A stretch of 64,000 nucleotides of DNA from Candidatus Deferrimicrobiaceae bacterium (GTDB lineage Bacteria; Desulfobacterota; Deferrimicrobia; Deferrimicrobiales; Deferrimicrobiaceae): positions 512,001-576,000 of the forward strand of contig CAWBVY010000004.1 in assembly GCA_963792415.1 (NCBI GenBank). Direction: 5' to 3'. Positions within the stretch are counted from its first letter, which is position 1. The number at the start of each line of letters is the position of its first letter. Below are positions 1 to 9,885 of the stretch, in pieces. The notes beneath the pieces are model-generated. The model was given only the letters and a program-made list of their open reading frames with translations, made no database searches and was not told the origin of the DNA. The position numbers and the translations under genes are program-made.

Positions 1-839
1 CGATGCTGCGACAGCGCGGCATCGACATCCCGGAGGACACCTGGTTCGTGGCTGCCCAGCACAATACGACCACCGATGAAGTGGAAATCCTGGACGAGCG
101 CGACTGCCCGGAGACGCACGCGGAGGATCTCCGGTGGCTTCGCCGGGACCTTGCCGAGGCGGGCGCCCGCCAGGCGCAGGAGCGTTGCGGGCGGCTGCCG
201 GGGTCGCCGGCCGGCCTCTCGCCGCGCGCCGCGCTTCGGCACGTGGAGCGCCGCAGCGCCGACCTCGCCCAGGTGCGCCCGGAGTGGGGCCTGTCGAGCA
301 ACGCCGCGTTCATCGTCGCCCACCGGTCGCTCACCCGGGAGCTCAACCTCGGCGGTCGGGTGTTCCTGCACTCCTACGACTGGGAGCGGGACACGATAGG
401 GAGCGTGCTTGACGTGATCATGACCGCCCCCCTCATCGTCGGTGAGTGGATCAACATGGAGCACTACTTCTCCACCGTGGACAACAAGGTGTACGGAAGC
501 GACAGCAAGGTGATCCACAACGTCGTGGGAGGGTTCGGGGTCGTGCTGGGCAGTGGAGGCGACCTGCAGACGGGGTTGCCGCGCCAGACGGTGATGGCGG
601 GGGAGGCGCGTTACCACGATCCCCTGCGCCTGTTGGCGGTGATCGAGGCGCCGACGGACCGGATCGGGGAGATCATCCGGCGCCACCGCATCCTGCAGCA
701 CCTGTTCGACAATGGATGGGTCAACCTGGTCGCGCTCGACCCGCGGACCGGTACCTTCCATCGCTACCTGCCAGGTTTCGCCTGGGAACGCCTCGCCGTC
801 GAACCGGGCCGCGAGCGCCGCGACGGGATACGAAAATGA
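1..839 (+). CDS. dabA: DabA/DUF2309 inorganic carbon transporter subunit, copy 1 (5'-truncated by window edge)
   Basis: Motifs HNTTTDEV, RPEWGL, RVFLHSYDW, WINMEHYFSTVDN..YGSDSKVIHNVVG, H.PLRL; nearly identical to the C-terminus of copy 2. Confidence 0.9.
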   Translation, partial: MLRQRGIDIPEDTWFVAAQHNTTTDEVEILDERDCPETHAEDLRWLRRDLAEAGARQAQERCGRLPGSPAGLSPRAALRHVERRSADLAQVRPEWGLSSNAAFIVAHRSLTRELNLGGRVFLHSYDWERDTIGSVLDVIMTAPLIVGEWINMEHYFSTVDNKVYGSDSKVIHNVVGGFGVVLGSGGDLQTGLPRQTVMAGEARYHDPLRLLAVIEAPTDRIGEIIRRHRILQHLFDNGWVNLVALDPRTGTFHRYLPGFAWERLAVEPGRERRDGIRK

Positions 840-2413
840 CGTGGATGCCTGCGTACCTGTCGTCGAACCTGCTGACGGTCCTGATCTTCTTCCCGCTGGC
901 CGGGGCGCTGCTGCTCTTCTTCCTGCCGAAGGGAAACGTGCGCCTGATCCGGAACGCGACCCTGCTTGTCACCCTGGCGGAGTTCCTCCTCTCGCTGGTC
1001 ATCGTCTTCCGGTTCGACGACGCAACCGCGTCGATGCAGTTCGTCGAGCGGGCTTCCTGGATCCCCGGCTACGGGATCGAGTACCACGTGGGCGTCGACG
1101 GGATCTCGCTCTGGCTCGTCATGCTCACGACGTTCCTCATGCCCATCGTGGTCCTCTCCACCTACCAGGCGGTTGAGAAGCACGTGAAGGAGTTCCTGAT
1201 CTTCACACTGGTTCTGGAGGTCGGGATGGTGGGGGTGTTCCTTGCGATCGACCTCTTCCTCTTCTACATCTTCTGGGAACTGGTGCTCGTCCCGATGTAC
1301 TTCCTGATCGGGGTGTGGGGTAGCGACCGGCGCATCTACTCGGCGATCAAGTTCTTCCTGTACACGTTCGCGGGCTCGGTGCTGATGCTCGTCGCGATCA
1401 TCGCGCTCTATTTCCACCACCACGAGGTCACGGGGGTCTACACGACGAACCTGCTCCGCCTGTATGAGCTGTCGATTCCGGTGCAGCTGCAGTTCTGGAT
1501 GTTCGCCGCCTTCGCGCTGGCGTTCGCGGTCAAGGTCCCGATGTTCCCGTTCCACACGTGGCTCCCCGACGCCCACGTGGACGCACCCACGTCGGGCTCG
1601 GTGATCCTCGCGGCGTTATTGCTCAAGATGGGGACCTACGGGTTCCTCCGGTTCGCGATGCCTCTGTTTCCGGTCGCCGCTTTCGATCTGATGCCGTTGA
1701 TCGGTGCGCTTGCGGTCGTCGGGATCATCTACGGGGCGCTGGTCGCGATGGCCCAGAAGGACATGAAGAAGCTCGTCGCCTACTCCTCGGTCTCCCACCT
1801 CGGGTTCGTCATGCTGGGGCTGTTCGCCTTCAACATCCAGGGGATACAGGGCGGAATCCTCCAGATGGTCAACCACGGCATCTCGACGGGGGCCCTCTTC
1901 CTCCTCGTCGGCATCCTCTACGAGAGGCGCCACACCCGCCTCGTTTCGGAGTACGGAGGGCTGTTCAAGGTCATCCCCGTGTACGCGACGGTCTTCATGA
2001 TCGTGGCGCTCTCCTCGCTGGGTCTGCCCGGCCTGAACAACTTCGCCGGCGAGTTCCTGATCCTCATGGGCGCGTTCCAGTCGATGAGGGGGCTCACGGT
2101 CGCGGCCACCGTCGGGATCTTCTTCGCGGCCGTATACATGCTCTGGATGTTCCAGCGCGTGATGTTCGGCGCGGTGGGCAACGAGAAGAACCGGCATCTT
2201 CCGGACATGAATGCGCGCGAGGTGGCCTGCATGCTTCCTCTCCTTCTGTTCGTCTTCTGGATCGGGGTATACCCCCAGACGTTCCTCCGGAAGATGGAAG
2301 CCTCGGTGTCGGCTGCCGTGACGCGGATGGAGGGGAAGCGACAGGCGTTGCTCATGGGACGGCCGCCCGGGGAGACCCTGCTCGCACGCTATTTCGATCG
2401 TGCCCGTGATTGA
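836..2413 (+). CDS. NuoM/ND4-like proton-translocating antiporter subunit, copy 1
   Basis: ATG 836 overlaps the dabA stop (ATGA); motifs GVDGISL, FYIFWE, KVPMFPFHTWLPDAH, LLKMGTYG, AYSSVSH, FAGEF. Confidence 0.92.
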   Translation: MTWMPAYLSSNLLTVLIFFPLAGALLLFFLPKGNVRLIRNATLLVTLAEFLLSLVIVFRFDDATASMQFVERASWIPGYGIEYHVGVDGISLWLVMLTTFLMPIVVLSTYQAVEKHVKEFLIFTLVLEVGMVGVFLAIDLFLFYIFWELVLVPMYFLIGVWGSDRRIYSAIKFFLYTFAGSVLMLVAIIALYFHHHEVTGVYTTNLLRLYELSIPVQLQFWMFAAFALAFAVKVPMFPFHTWLPDAHVDAPTSGSVILAALLLKMGTYGFLRFAMPLFPVAAFDLMPLIGALAVVGIIYGALVAMAQKDMKKLVAYSSVSHLGFVMLGLFAFNIQGIQGGILQMVNHGISTGALFLLVGILYERRHTRLVSEYGGLFKVIPVYATVFMIVALSSLGLPGLNNFAGEFLILMGAFQSMRGLTVAATVGIFFAAVYMLWMFQRVMFGAVGNEKNRHLPDMNAREVACMLPLLLFVFWIGVYPQTFLRKMEASVSAAVTRMEGKRQALLMGRPPGETLLARYFDRARD

Positions 2414-2491
2414 AACGGGCCGGCCGTTCGGGTATATGGCTTTTTCCATGTTCCTTCGCCGTGACTCCAGACGTCGATCGGGGGTGATGAG

Positions 2492-2836
2492 ATGAGCGAC
2501 ACAAGCCTGGTATTGATGAAGAGGGTCCAGATCATCGTCAAGGGCGAGGACCTGCACCTTGTCGAGGAGCTTCTCGTGAAAGCGCGCGTTTCCGGATTCA
2601 CCATCGTGCCGAACGTATCGGGCAGGGGGCATCACGGCACCCATGAAGGGCACCTTCTCTTCAACGACATGCACACGCTGGACGTCCTGTTCACCATCGT
2701 CCCGGAGGACCGGGTCGATCCGATCCTCGCCGGCCTCGGGACGCTGTTCGAGCGGCATTCGGGCGTCGTGTTCGTCTCGGATGTCTGGGTCACCCGCAAG
2801 CACTACTTCGAGACGTATGCCAACCCCTCCCGCTGA
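2492..2836 (+). CDS. PII-like regulator (SbtB-like, non-GlnB)
   Basis: 114 aa; MKRVQIIV, GFTIVPNVSGRG, SGVVFVSDV PII-fold pattern; lacks the GlnB Tyr51 T-loop. Confidence 0.8.
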   Translation: MSDTSLVLMKRVQIIVKGEDLHLVEELLVKARVSGFTIVPNVSGRGHHGTHEGHLLFNDMHTLDVLFTIVPEDRVDPILAGLGTLFERHSGVVFVSDVWVTRKHYFETYANPSR

Positions 2837-2859
2837 CGGCGCACGGGACCGGTAGCGGG

Positions 2860-4782
2860 ATGCCACTCGCCTGCCTCGCCGTTCCCGCACTGCCCCTGCT
2901 CGCCTTCCTGGCGATCCTCCTGGGCGGTCACTGGCTTCGCGGCCGCAGTCATGTGGTCGCGCTCGCCGCCGCCGGCGTTTCGTTCGCCCTGTCGGTGGCG
3001 GTGGCAGTCGAGGTCGTCTCGTCGGGTCCGGTCCAGGTGGTTCTGTACACGTGGATCGGGTCCGGATCGTTAGTGGTGCGCCTCGGACTGTACGTGGACC
3101 GCCTGACCGTCGTCATGCTGGTGATGGTGACGACGATCTCGGGAATCGTGCAGGCTTACAGCGTGCGTTACATGGACGGCGACGGCGGCTACTCGAGGTA
3201 CTTCGCCTTCGTCTGCCTGTTCACCGGCTCCATGCTGATGCTGGTGATGAGCGACAACCTCCTGATGATGTTCGTGTTCTGGGAAGCGGTGGGACTGTGC
3301 TCCTACCTCCTGATCGGGTTCACGTACGAGCGGAAGCCGGCGTGCGACGCCGCGGTGAAGGCGTTCTGGGTGAACCGGGTCGGCGACATGGGGTTCCTGC
3401 TGGGGATCCTTCTCGCGTGGACGACGTTCGGGACGCTCGACTCCCTCGCGATCATGCGCGAGGCGGGCCGGCACGCGGGCGCCACCGTCGCGCTCTTCGG
3501 TCAGTACGGGTCGGTGAGCACGCTGACCCTCATCACCATGCTGTTCCTCTGCGGGGCGCTCGCAAAGTCGGCCCAGCTTCCTTTCCACGTGTGGCTGCCT
3601 GACGCGATGGAGGCGCCGACTCCCGTCTCCGCCCTGATCCACGCGGCGACGATGGTGACGGCCGGCGTGTTCCTCATCGCCCGCTTCGCCCCCCTGTTCG
3701 AACTCGCTCCCGTGACGCTCTCCGTCCTCGCGTTCGTCGGCGCGGCGTCGGCGTTCTTCGCGGCCGCGGTCTCGACGGTCCAGACCGACATCAAGCGGGT
3801 CCTGGCGTATTCCACGATGTGCCAGCTGGGGTACATGATGCTGGCCTGCGGTCTCGGGGCCTACGGGCTGGCGATCTTCCACCTGGTCGCCCACGCGGCG
3901 TTCAAGGCCCTGCTGTTCCTGACCGCGGGGATGGCGATCGAGGAGGTCGCCGCGCACGAAGCGCTCATCGAATCCGGGCGATCCGGGCGCTGGCTCCCCG
4001 CCCGCTTCTGGCTCCTGTGGATATCGGGGGTCGCCCTGGCGGCGATGCCGCCCCTGGTTCTTATCGCGGGCGGGAAAGGTCTTTTTCAACTGGTGTCCCC
4101 ATCGGATCACGGCCATCCGGTATTCTGGATCCTGGCATGGGGCACCGCGCTGATGACGGTCGTTTACCTGCTCCGGCTGGTCGGAACCGCCGAGCTCCGG
4201 TCCGGGGTGGACGCCACGCCGATTCGGCTCCTGTCGCCGCGGGCGCTCGGATTCGTGGCCGGGACGGCAGGGGTGGTGGTCCTTGCCTCGGTCTGGTCGC
4301 CTCTCGCCGGATGGGCCTGGTTCGAGCGGTTCATGGCTTCGGCGCTGCCGACCCCGCACCACGGATCCCCGCCTTCCGCGGCGGAAGGGACGCTTGCGCT
4401 GGCCGCCGTGACGGTCGCCGGCCTGACCCTCCTGGCGGCGGCATGGGGGGGGCTGCGCGCGGTGCTGCGGCTGCGGACGGCCGCCGGCCCCGGGTTGTGG
4501 GACAGGTGGAGCGCAACGTTGTACGTGGTCGTGCTGAACCGCGGGTATGTGGACGAGATCTACCGGGCGACGCTGGTGCGACCCGCGCTTTCGCTCGCGA
4601 TGTGGCTGTCCGACTCGTTCGACGCCGGAGTCATCGACCGCGCTGTCGACGGCTTCGGGGCGGCCGTCGCGGGCATGGGGGAGCGGATGCGGGAGATCCA
4701 GAGCGGGCAGTTCCACCATTACGCCATCGCCATGCTTCTCGGGGTCATCCTGCTCCTGGGGTTCTGCCTGGTGGCGGGCTAA
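2860..4782 (+). CDS. NuoL/ND5-like (DabB-related) membrane subunit, copy 1
   Basis: FWEAVGLCSYLLIGF, NRVGD, KSAQLPFHVWLPDAMEAPTPVSALIHAATMV, DIKRVLAYST, HAAFKALLF; C-terminal lateral helix plus last TM. Confidence 0.9.
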   Translation: MPLACLAVPALPLLAFLAILLGGHWLRGRSHVVALAAAGVSFALSVAVAVEVVSSGPVQVVLYTWIGSGSLVVRLGLYVDRLTVVMLVMVTTISGIVQAYSVRYMDGDGGYSRYFAFVCLFTGSMLMLVMSDNLLMMFVFWEAVGLCSYLLIGFTYERKPACDAAVKAFWVNRVGDMGFLLGILLAWTTFGTLDSLAIMREAGRHAGATVALFGQYGSVSTLTLITMLFLCGALAKSAQLPFHVWLPDAMEAPTPVSALIHAATMVTAGVFLIARFAPLFELAPVTLSVLAFVGAASAFFAAAVSTVQTDIKRVLAYSTMCQLGYMMLACGLGAYGLAIFHLVAHAAFKALLFLTAGMAIEEVAAHEALIESGRSGRWLPARFWLLWISGVALAAMPPLVLIAGGKGLFQLVSPSDHGHPVFWILAWGTALMTVVYLLRLVGTAELRSGVDATPIRLLSPRALGFVAGTAGVVVLASVWSPLAGWAWFERFMASALPTPHHGSPPSAAEGTLALAAVTVAGLTLLAAAWGGLRAVLRLRTAAGPGLWDRWSATLYVVVLNRGYVDEIYRATLVRPALSLAMWLSDSFDAGVIDRAVDGFGAAVAGMGERMREIQSGQFHHYAIAMLLGVILLLGFCLVAG

Positions 4783-4873
4783 GGGGAGGATCTTCCCCTT
4801 GACTCGAAGGTTTGCATGTTAAAAGATGTTCGCTGATCGGGTCATGCCGGCTGCTCTTTTCGGGGGAACCACG

Positions 4874-7800
4874 GTGTCCACCAAACGCGTCGAGCAGACA
4901 GGTCCGATCACCGAAGTCGACCGGCAGCGGGTGCTGTCCGCGGTCGCCCTGGCGAGCGAGTCCGTTTCGTCGTTCTGGCCGATGCGGATGTTCGTCCACC
5001 ACAATCCCCTTCACGGCCTCGAACATCTGCCCTTCGACACGGCGGTCCGCAAGTCGAATAGCCTTACCGGCGGACGTGGTTACCTGACAAACGAAGAGTA
5101 CCGCCGCATGTTGGCGAGCGGGCACATAAAAGCCGATGACCTCGCTCGTGCGATCGAACGGCTTGAATTTGCCGGAATCGACGTGCGCAAGGAAGTGGTC
5201 TTCGGTGGGCGCCGGGTCCGGACCCTCGATGTCGTTGCCAGCCATGTCGCCTTCGGGATCGGCGCGCTGGAGCCGGCCGCATTCCGGGCCCGGGTCCGCG
5301 AGCGGGCGCTTCTGCGGCTGTTTCCCGATCTCCCGCCGGACCGCCGCGCCCGGCTGCTTGCCGCCTCGGCATGGAAGACCCCGGAAGAGATCGCATCGGA
5401 GCTTTGGTCGGCCGTTCTTCGCGTCCTGGGAATCAGCGGCCCGGATCCGTTCGCCTTCGACGAACTCGAGGAGGCGGAACTGGAGGTGCGTTTCGAGCGC
5501 GAAGTGCTCGCGGCGACCTCGGGCGAAACAGAGGCCGTGGATGCCGCCGTCGCGTCGGACGGCCTGGAGCTGCTGGCAGCCGACCTCGACCGCGTCGGGG
5601 AGGATATGACCGCGGGGGAGTGGTGCGGCCGGCTGGCGGGCGCCGACATCGTCGGCGTGATCAACAGGGAAATGATCAAATGGTGCTCGGTTTTCCTCGA
5701 TCAGGGGGTGGCGACGTGGGAGGCCCCCGGCAGGGAGAAGGGATTCTACTCCTTCTGGCGGAGCCTTGCAGCGTGGGATTTCTCGGGAAGATTCCTGGGG
5801 ATTCGAGGGTTTCGCCGCATGGTACATCGCCTGCCGGATACGTCCGAGGATGCGCTCATCGGGAGCTTGCGTGCGCTGGGAAATACCGACAAGAGCTGGA
5901 TCGAAACCCTGGGGCGTCACCTTGCCCAGCTGCCCGGTTGGGCGGGATTCGTGAAATGGCGGTCGGAGGCGCACGACTACCATTGGCAACGGCGGCACCC
6001 CATCGATCTGGTCGATTATCTCGCGGTGCGGATGTTCTACGAACGTCACCTTGTGGATGCGTGCTGCCGGGATATCTGGGAAGTCGAAGGGACGGTGCAC
6101 GCGCTGGCGGAGTATTTCCGTCGCCGTCCCGCCGAGTATTTTGCGCGCCGGCGATCCGCCGAGGAACCGTTCCCGGATTTTACACGCCGGCATCGTCCTG
6201 CCGCGGAGCGAAAACCAGGGAGTGACGACGCCTGGGTCCGGTTCGGCCGCATCCTTTTCCTGGTCCGGGAACACTCTGAACGCGATCCGTGGTCGGCGCA
6301 TGGTCGCGACGCATGGCGGCTGTTCCGTCTGGCCCAGTTCCTGGCGCTCTCGCCTGCGGAGGTCCGGGCGATGTCCGGGGATGACGCACGGGCGTTGCTG
6401 GCGATCCTCGACCGCGTGCCGCCGGACGCGCACGGCCGGATCTGGCTGGAGGCCCACGAGGCGAATTACAGGGACACGCTGCTTTCCCGGCTGGCTGCGA
6501 GACATCGAGACCTCCTCTCGGGGAGCCCCCGGCGTGACTCCCGTCCCGCGTCGCAGTCGGTGTACTGCATCGATGTCCGATCGGAGGGGTTCCGACGGCA
6601 TCTCGAAGCCGTGGGCGACCATGAAACGTTCGGCTTCGCGGGCTTTTTCGGTCGTTCCCATCGGGTTCCGCGGTTTCGGGAAGAAGGAGGATTCGGCGCT
6701 CTGCCCCGTCCTGATCAAGCCGAAGTGCGTGATCGTGGAGCAGCCGGGTGTCGGCGCCGGCCCGGCCGGGAAGCGGGCGTTGCGGGGCATGGCGTGGGAC
6801 GGCATCGTTCATGGAGTCGTCCAGCGGCTCGAGCGTCATTTCGCGGCTTCGTACGCGATGGTCGATCTGCTCGGCGGGGTTTTCGGCCTCTCGCTCGCAG
6901 GCCGTACCTTGGCCCCGGCGGCTACGCGCCGCCTCGCTGCGAAGGTCCACCATCGGGCCGTGCCGAAGGCGGCCACGAGTCTCACGGTGGGCAAGATGAC
7001 CCGGAAGGAAGCCGAGGAACTCGTCGCCGGCCTCGACCCGCCTGAACGCGCCGCCCGCCTCGAGCGGTTGGGGACGCAGGGGTTCACCGGGGAGGAACAG
7101 GCCCTCTACATCGAAACCGGGCTTCGCACGATGGGCCTTACCGGCCCCTTCGCGCGCATGGTGCTCGTCTGCGGCCACCGGAGCACATCGACCAACAATC
7201 CTTATGTGGCCGCCCTGGATTGCGGCGCGTGCGGGGGGAGCCCCAGCGGGCCGAACGCCCGTGTGTTCGCCATGCTGGCGAACAAACCCACGGTCCGGGC
7301 GATGCTGCGACAGCGCGGCATCGACATCCCGGAGGACACCTGGTTCGTGGCTGCCCAGCACAATACGACCACCGATGAAGTGGAAATCCTGGACGAGTGC
7401 GACTGCCCGGAGACGCACGGGGAGGATCTTCAGTGGCTTCGCAGGGACCTCGCCGAGGCGGGCGCCCGCCAGGCGCAGGAGCGTTGCGGGCGGCTGCCGG
7501 GATCGCCGGCCGGCCTCTCGCCGCGCGCCGCGCTTCGGCACGTGGAGCGCCGCAGCGCCGATCTCGCCCAGGTGCTCCCGGAGTGGGGGCTGTCGAGCAA
7601 CGCCGCGTTCATCGTCGCGCACCGGTCTCTCACCCGGGAGCTCAACCTCGGCGGCCGGGTGTTCCTTCAATCCTACGACTGGCGGCGGGACGCCGAGGGT
7701 ACGTCCCTTGAGATCATCATGACCGCCCCCCTCATCGTCGGTGAGTGGATCAACATGGAGCACTACTTCTCCGCCGTGGACAACAAGGTGTACGGAAGCG

Positions 7801-8114
7801 ACAGCAAGGTGGTCCACAACGTCGTGGGAGGGTTCGGGGTCATGCTGGGCAGCGGCGGCGACCTGCGGACGGGGTTGCCGCGGCAGACGGTGATGGCGGG
7901 GGAGGCGCGTTACCACGATCCCCTGCGCCTGTTGGCGGTGATCGAGGCGCCGACGGACCGGATCGGGGAGATCATCAGGCGCCATCACGCGCTTCAGCAC
8001 CTGTTCGACAACGGGTGGGTCAACCTGGTTGCGCTCGATCCGCGGACCGGTTCGTTCCTCCGCTATCGCGAGGGGGGCGGCTGGGAGCCTTCCGAGGTCC
8101 GCGCGGCCTGCTGA
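4874..8114 (+). CDS. dabA: DabA/DUF2309 copy 2, about 1080 aa, +1 frameshift near 6652
   Basis: GTG 4874 after GGGGGA; FWPMRMFVHHNPLHGLE, LPGWAGF, YCIDVRSE, GFAGFFG then VPI in the next frame, CGH.S, LDCGACGG; split over ORFs 4826-7045 and 6051-8114. Confidence 0.9.
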
Positions 8115-8203
8115 GTCGCGTCCGTTCCGGGGCGGCCTTTGCGAAAAGGGGCGGCAGCGGTTACTATGCCGGCAATGAGCGAAAACTGGCGGAGTGCATC
8201 GAC

Positions 8204-9824
8204 ATGACGGTCCCCGCATTCCTGTCGTCGAACCTGTTGACCGTGGTGATCTTCTCCCCGCTTGCCGGCGCCCTGCTGCTCGTTCTTCCTGCCGAAGGGA
8301 AACCTCCGCCTGATCCGGAACGCGGCTTTCCTGACGGCTCTCGCGGAATTCCTCCTCTCGCTGGTCATCGTCTTCCGGTTCGACGACGCGACCGCGTCGA
8401 TGCAGTTCGTCGAGCGGGCTTCCTGGATTCCCGGCTACGGGATCGAGTATCACGTGGGCGTGGACGGGATCTCCCTGTGGCTGGTGATGCTGACCACATT
8501 CCTCCTGCCGATCACGATTCTCTCCACCTACAGGGCGGTCAACAGCCACGTGAAGGAGTTCATGATCTTCCTGCTGCTCATCGAGGTCGGTATGGTGGGA
8601 GTCTTCCTGTCGATCGACCTCTTCCTCTTCTACGTTTTCTGGGAACTGGTGCTCGTCCCCATGTACCTTCTCATCGGCGTGTGGGGGAGCGACCGTTGCG
8701 TCTACTCCGCGATCAAGTTCTTCCTCTACACGTTCGCCGGCTCCGTGCTGATGCTCGTGGCCATCATCGCCCTCTATTTCCACCATTACGATGTCACCGG
8801 GGTCAAAACGACGAGCCTGCTCAGCATGTACGATCTCACCATCCCGGTGAAACTGCAGTTCTGGCTGTTCGCCGCCTTCGCGCTCGCGTTCGCCGTCAAG
8901 GTCCCGATGTTCCCGTTCCACACGTGGCTTCCCGACGCCCACGTGGACGCCCCGACTTCGGGATCCGTGATCCTTGCCGCCTTGCTGCTCAAGATGGGGA
9001 CCTACGGGTTCCTCCGTTTCGCAATGCCGCTTTTCCCCGTGGCCGCTTCGGCCCTGATGCCTGTTGTTGCGGTTCTTGCCGTCATCGGGATCATCTACGG
9101 GGCGCTCGTTGCGACGGTCCAGAAGGACATGAAGAAGCTGGTCGCCTACTCCTCCGTTTCCCACCTCGGATTCGTGATGCTCGGCCTTTTCGCCTTCAAC
9201 AGTCAGGGGATCGAGGGAGGGATCCTCCAGATGGTCAACCACGGCATCTCGACCGGGGCCCTCTTTCTCCTCGTCGGGATCCTCTACGAAAGGCGGCATA
9301 CCCGCCTGATATTGGAATACGGGGGGCTTTTCAAGATCCAGCCGGTGTTCGCCATCGTCTTCCTGATCATAACGCTTTCCTCTCTCGGCCTCCCGGGGCT
9401 CAACAACTTCGTCGGAGAGTTTCTCATCCTGATGGGAGTATTCCGGGTGTCACCGGCATTCGCGCTGCTCGCCTCCTTCGGCGTTGTTCTGTCGGCGGTC
9501 TACATGCTCTGGATGTTCCAGCGGGTGATGTTCGGCCCGGTCACGAACGAGAAGAACCGGAACTTGCCGGACCTGAGCGCGCGGGAGGCGGCCTGCGTGC
9601 TGCCTTTCCTGGTGTTCGTCTTCTGGATCGGATTTTATCCGCAGACGTTCCTCCGGAAGATGACCGCCTCGGTTTCGGCGGTCGTGTCCAGGATCGAAAC
9701 GAAGCGGCAGGCGGCGCTCGGGGATCGCCCTTCGGACGAAACCGTGCTGGCCCGCTACCTCGATTGGAAACCGCAGGGACATCGAGGGGACCACGTGTCC
9801 GTGGCGGCTCCGGGCGGGAGATGA
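8204..9824 (+). CDS. NuoM/ND4-like subunit, copy 2, +1 frameshift near 8282
   Basis: MTVPAFLSSNLL aligns to the copy 1 N-terminus; one extra G relative to copy 1; all NuoM motifs present. Confidence 0.9.
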
Positions 9825-9885
9825 AGACGGTTCGGGGTGCGAAACGGGGGGACCCTGACATTCTCCGGATATGCGGGACAGCACA

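Noticed and set aside
4799-4826. Internal sigma70 promoter before dabA2 (TTGACT...TAAAAG)
   Set aside because: Spacing of about 15 nt and a weak -10; not supportable
6640-6660. Programmed frameshift in dabA2
   Set aside because: The break falls in the conserved GFFGVP motif, one extra base explains it, and similar indels occur throughout the window
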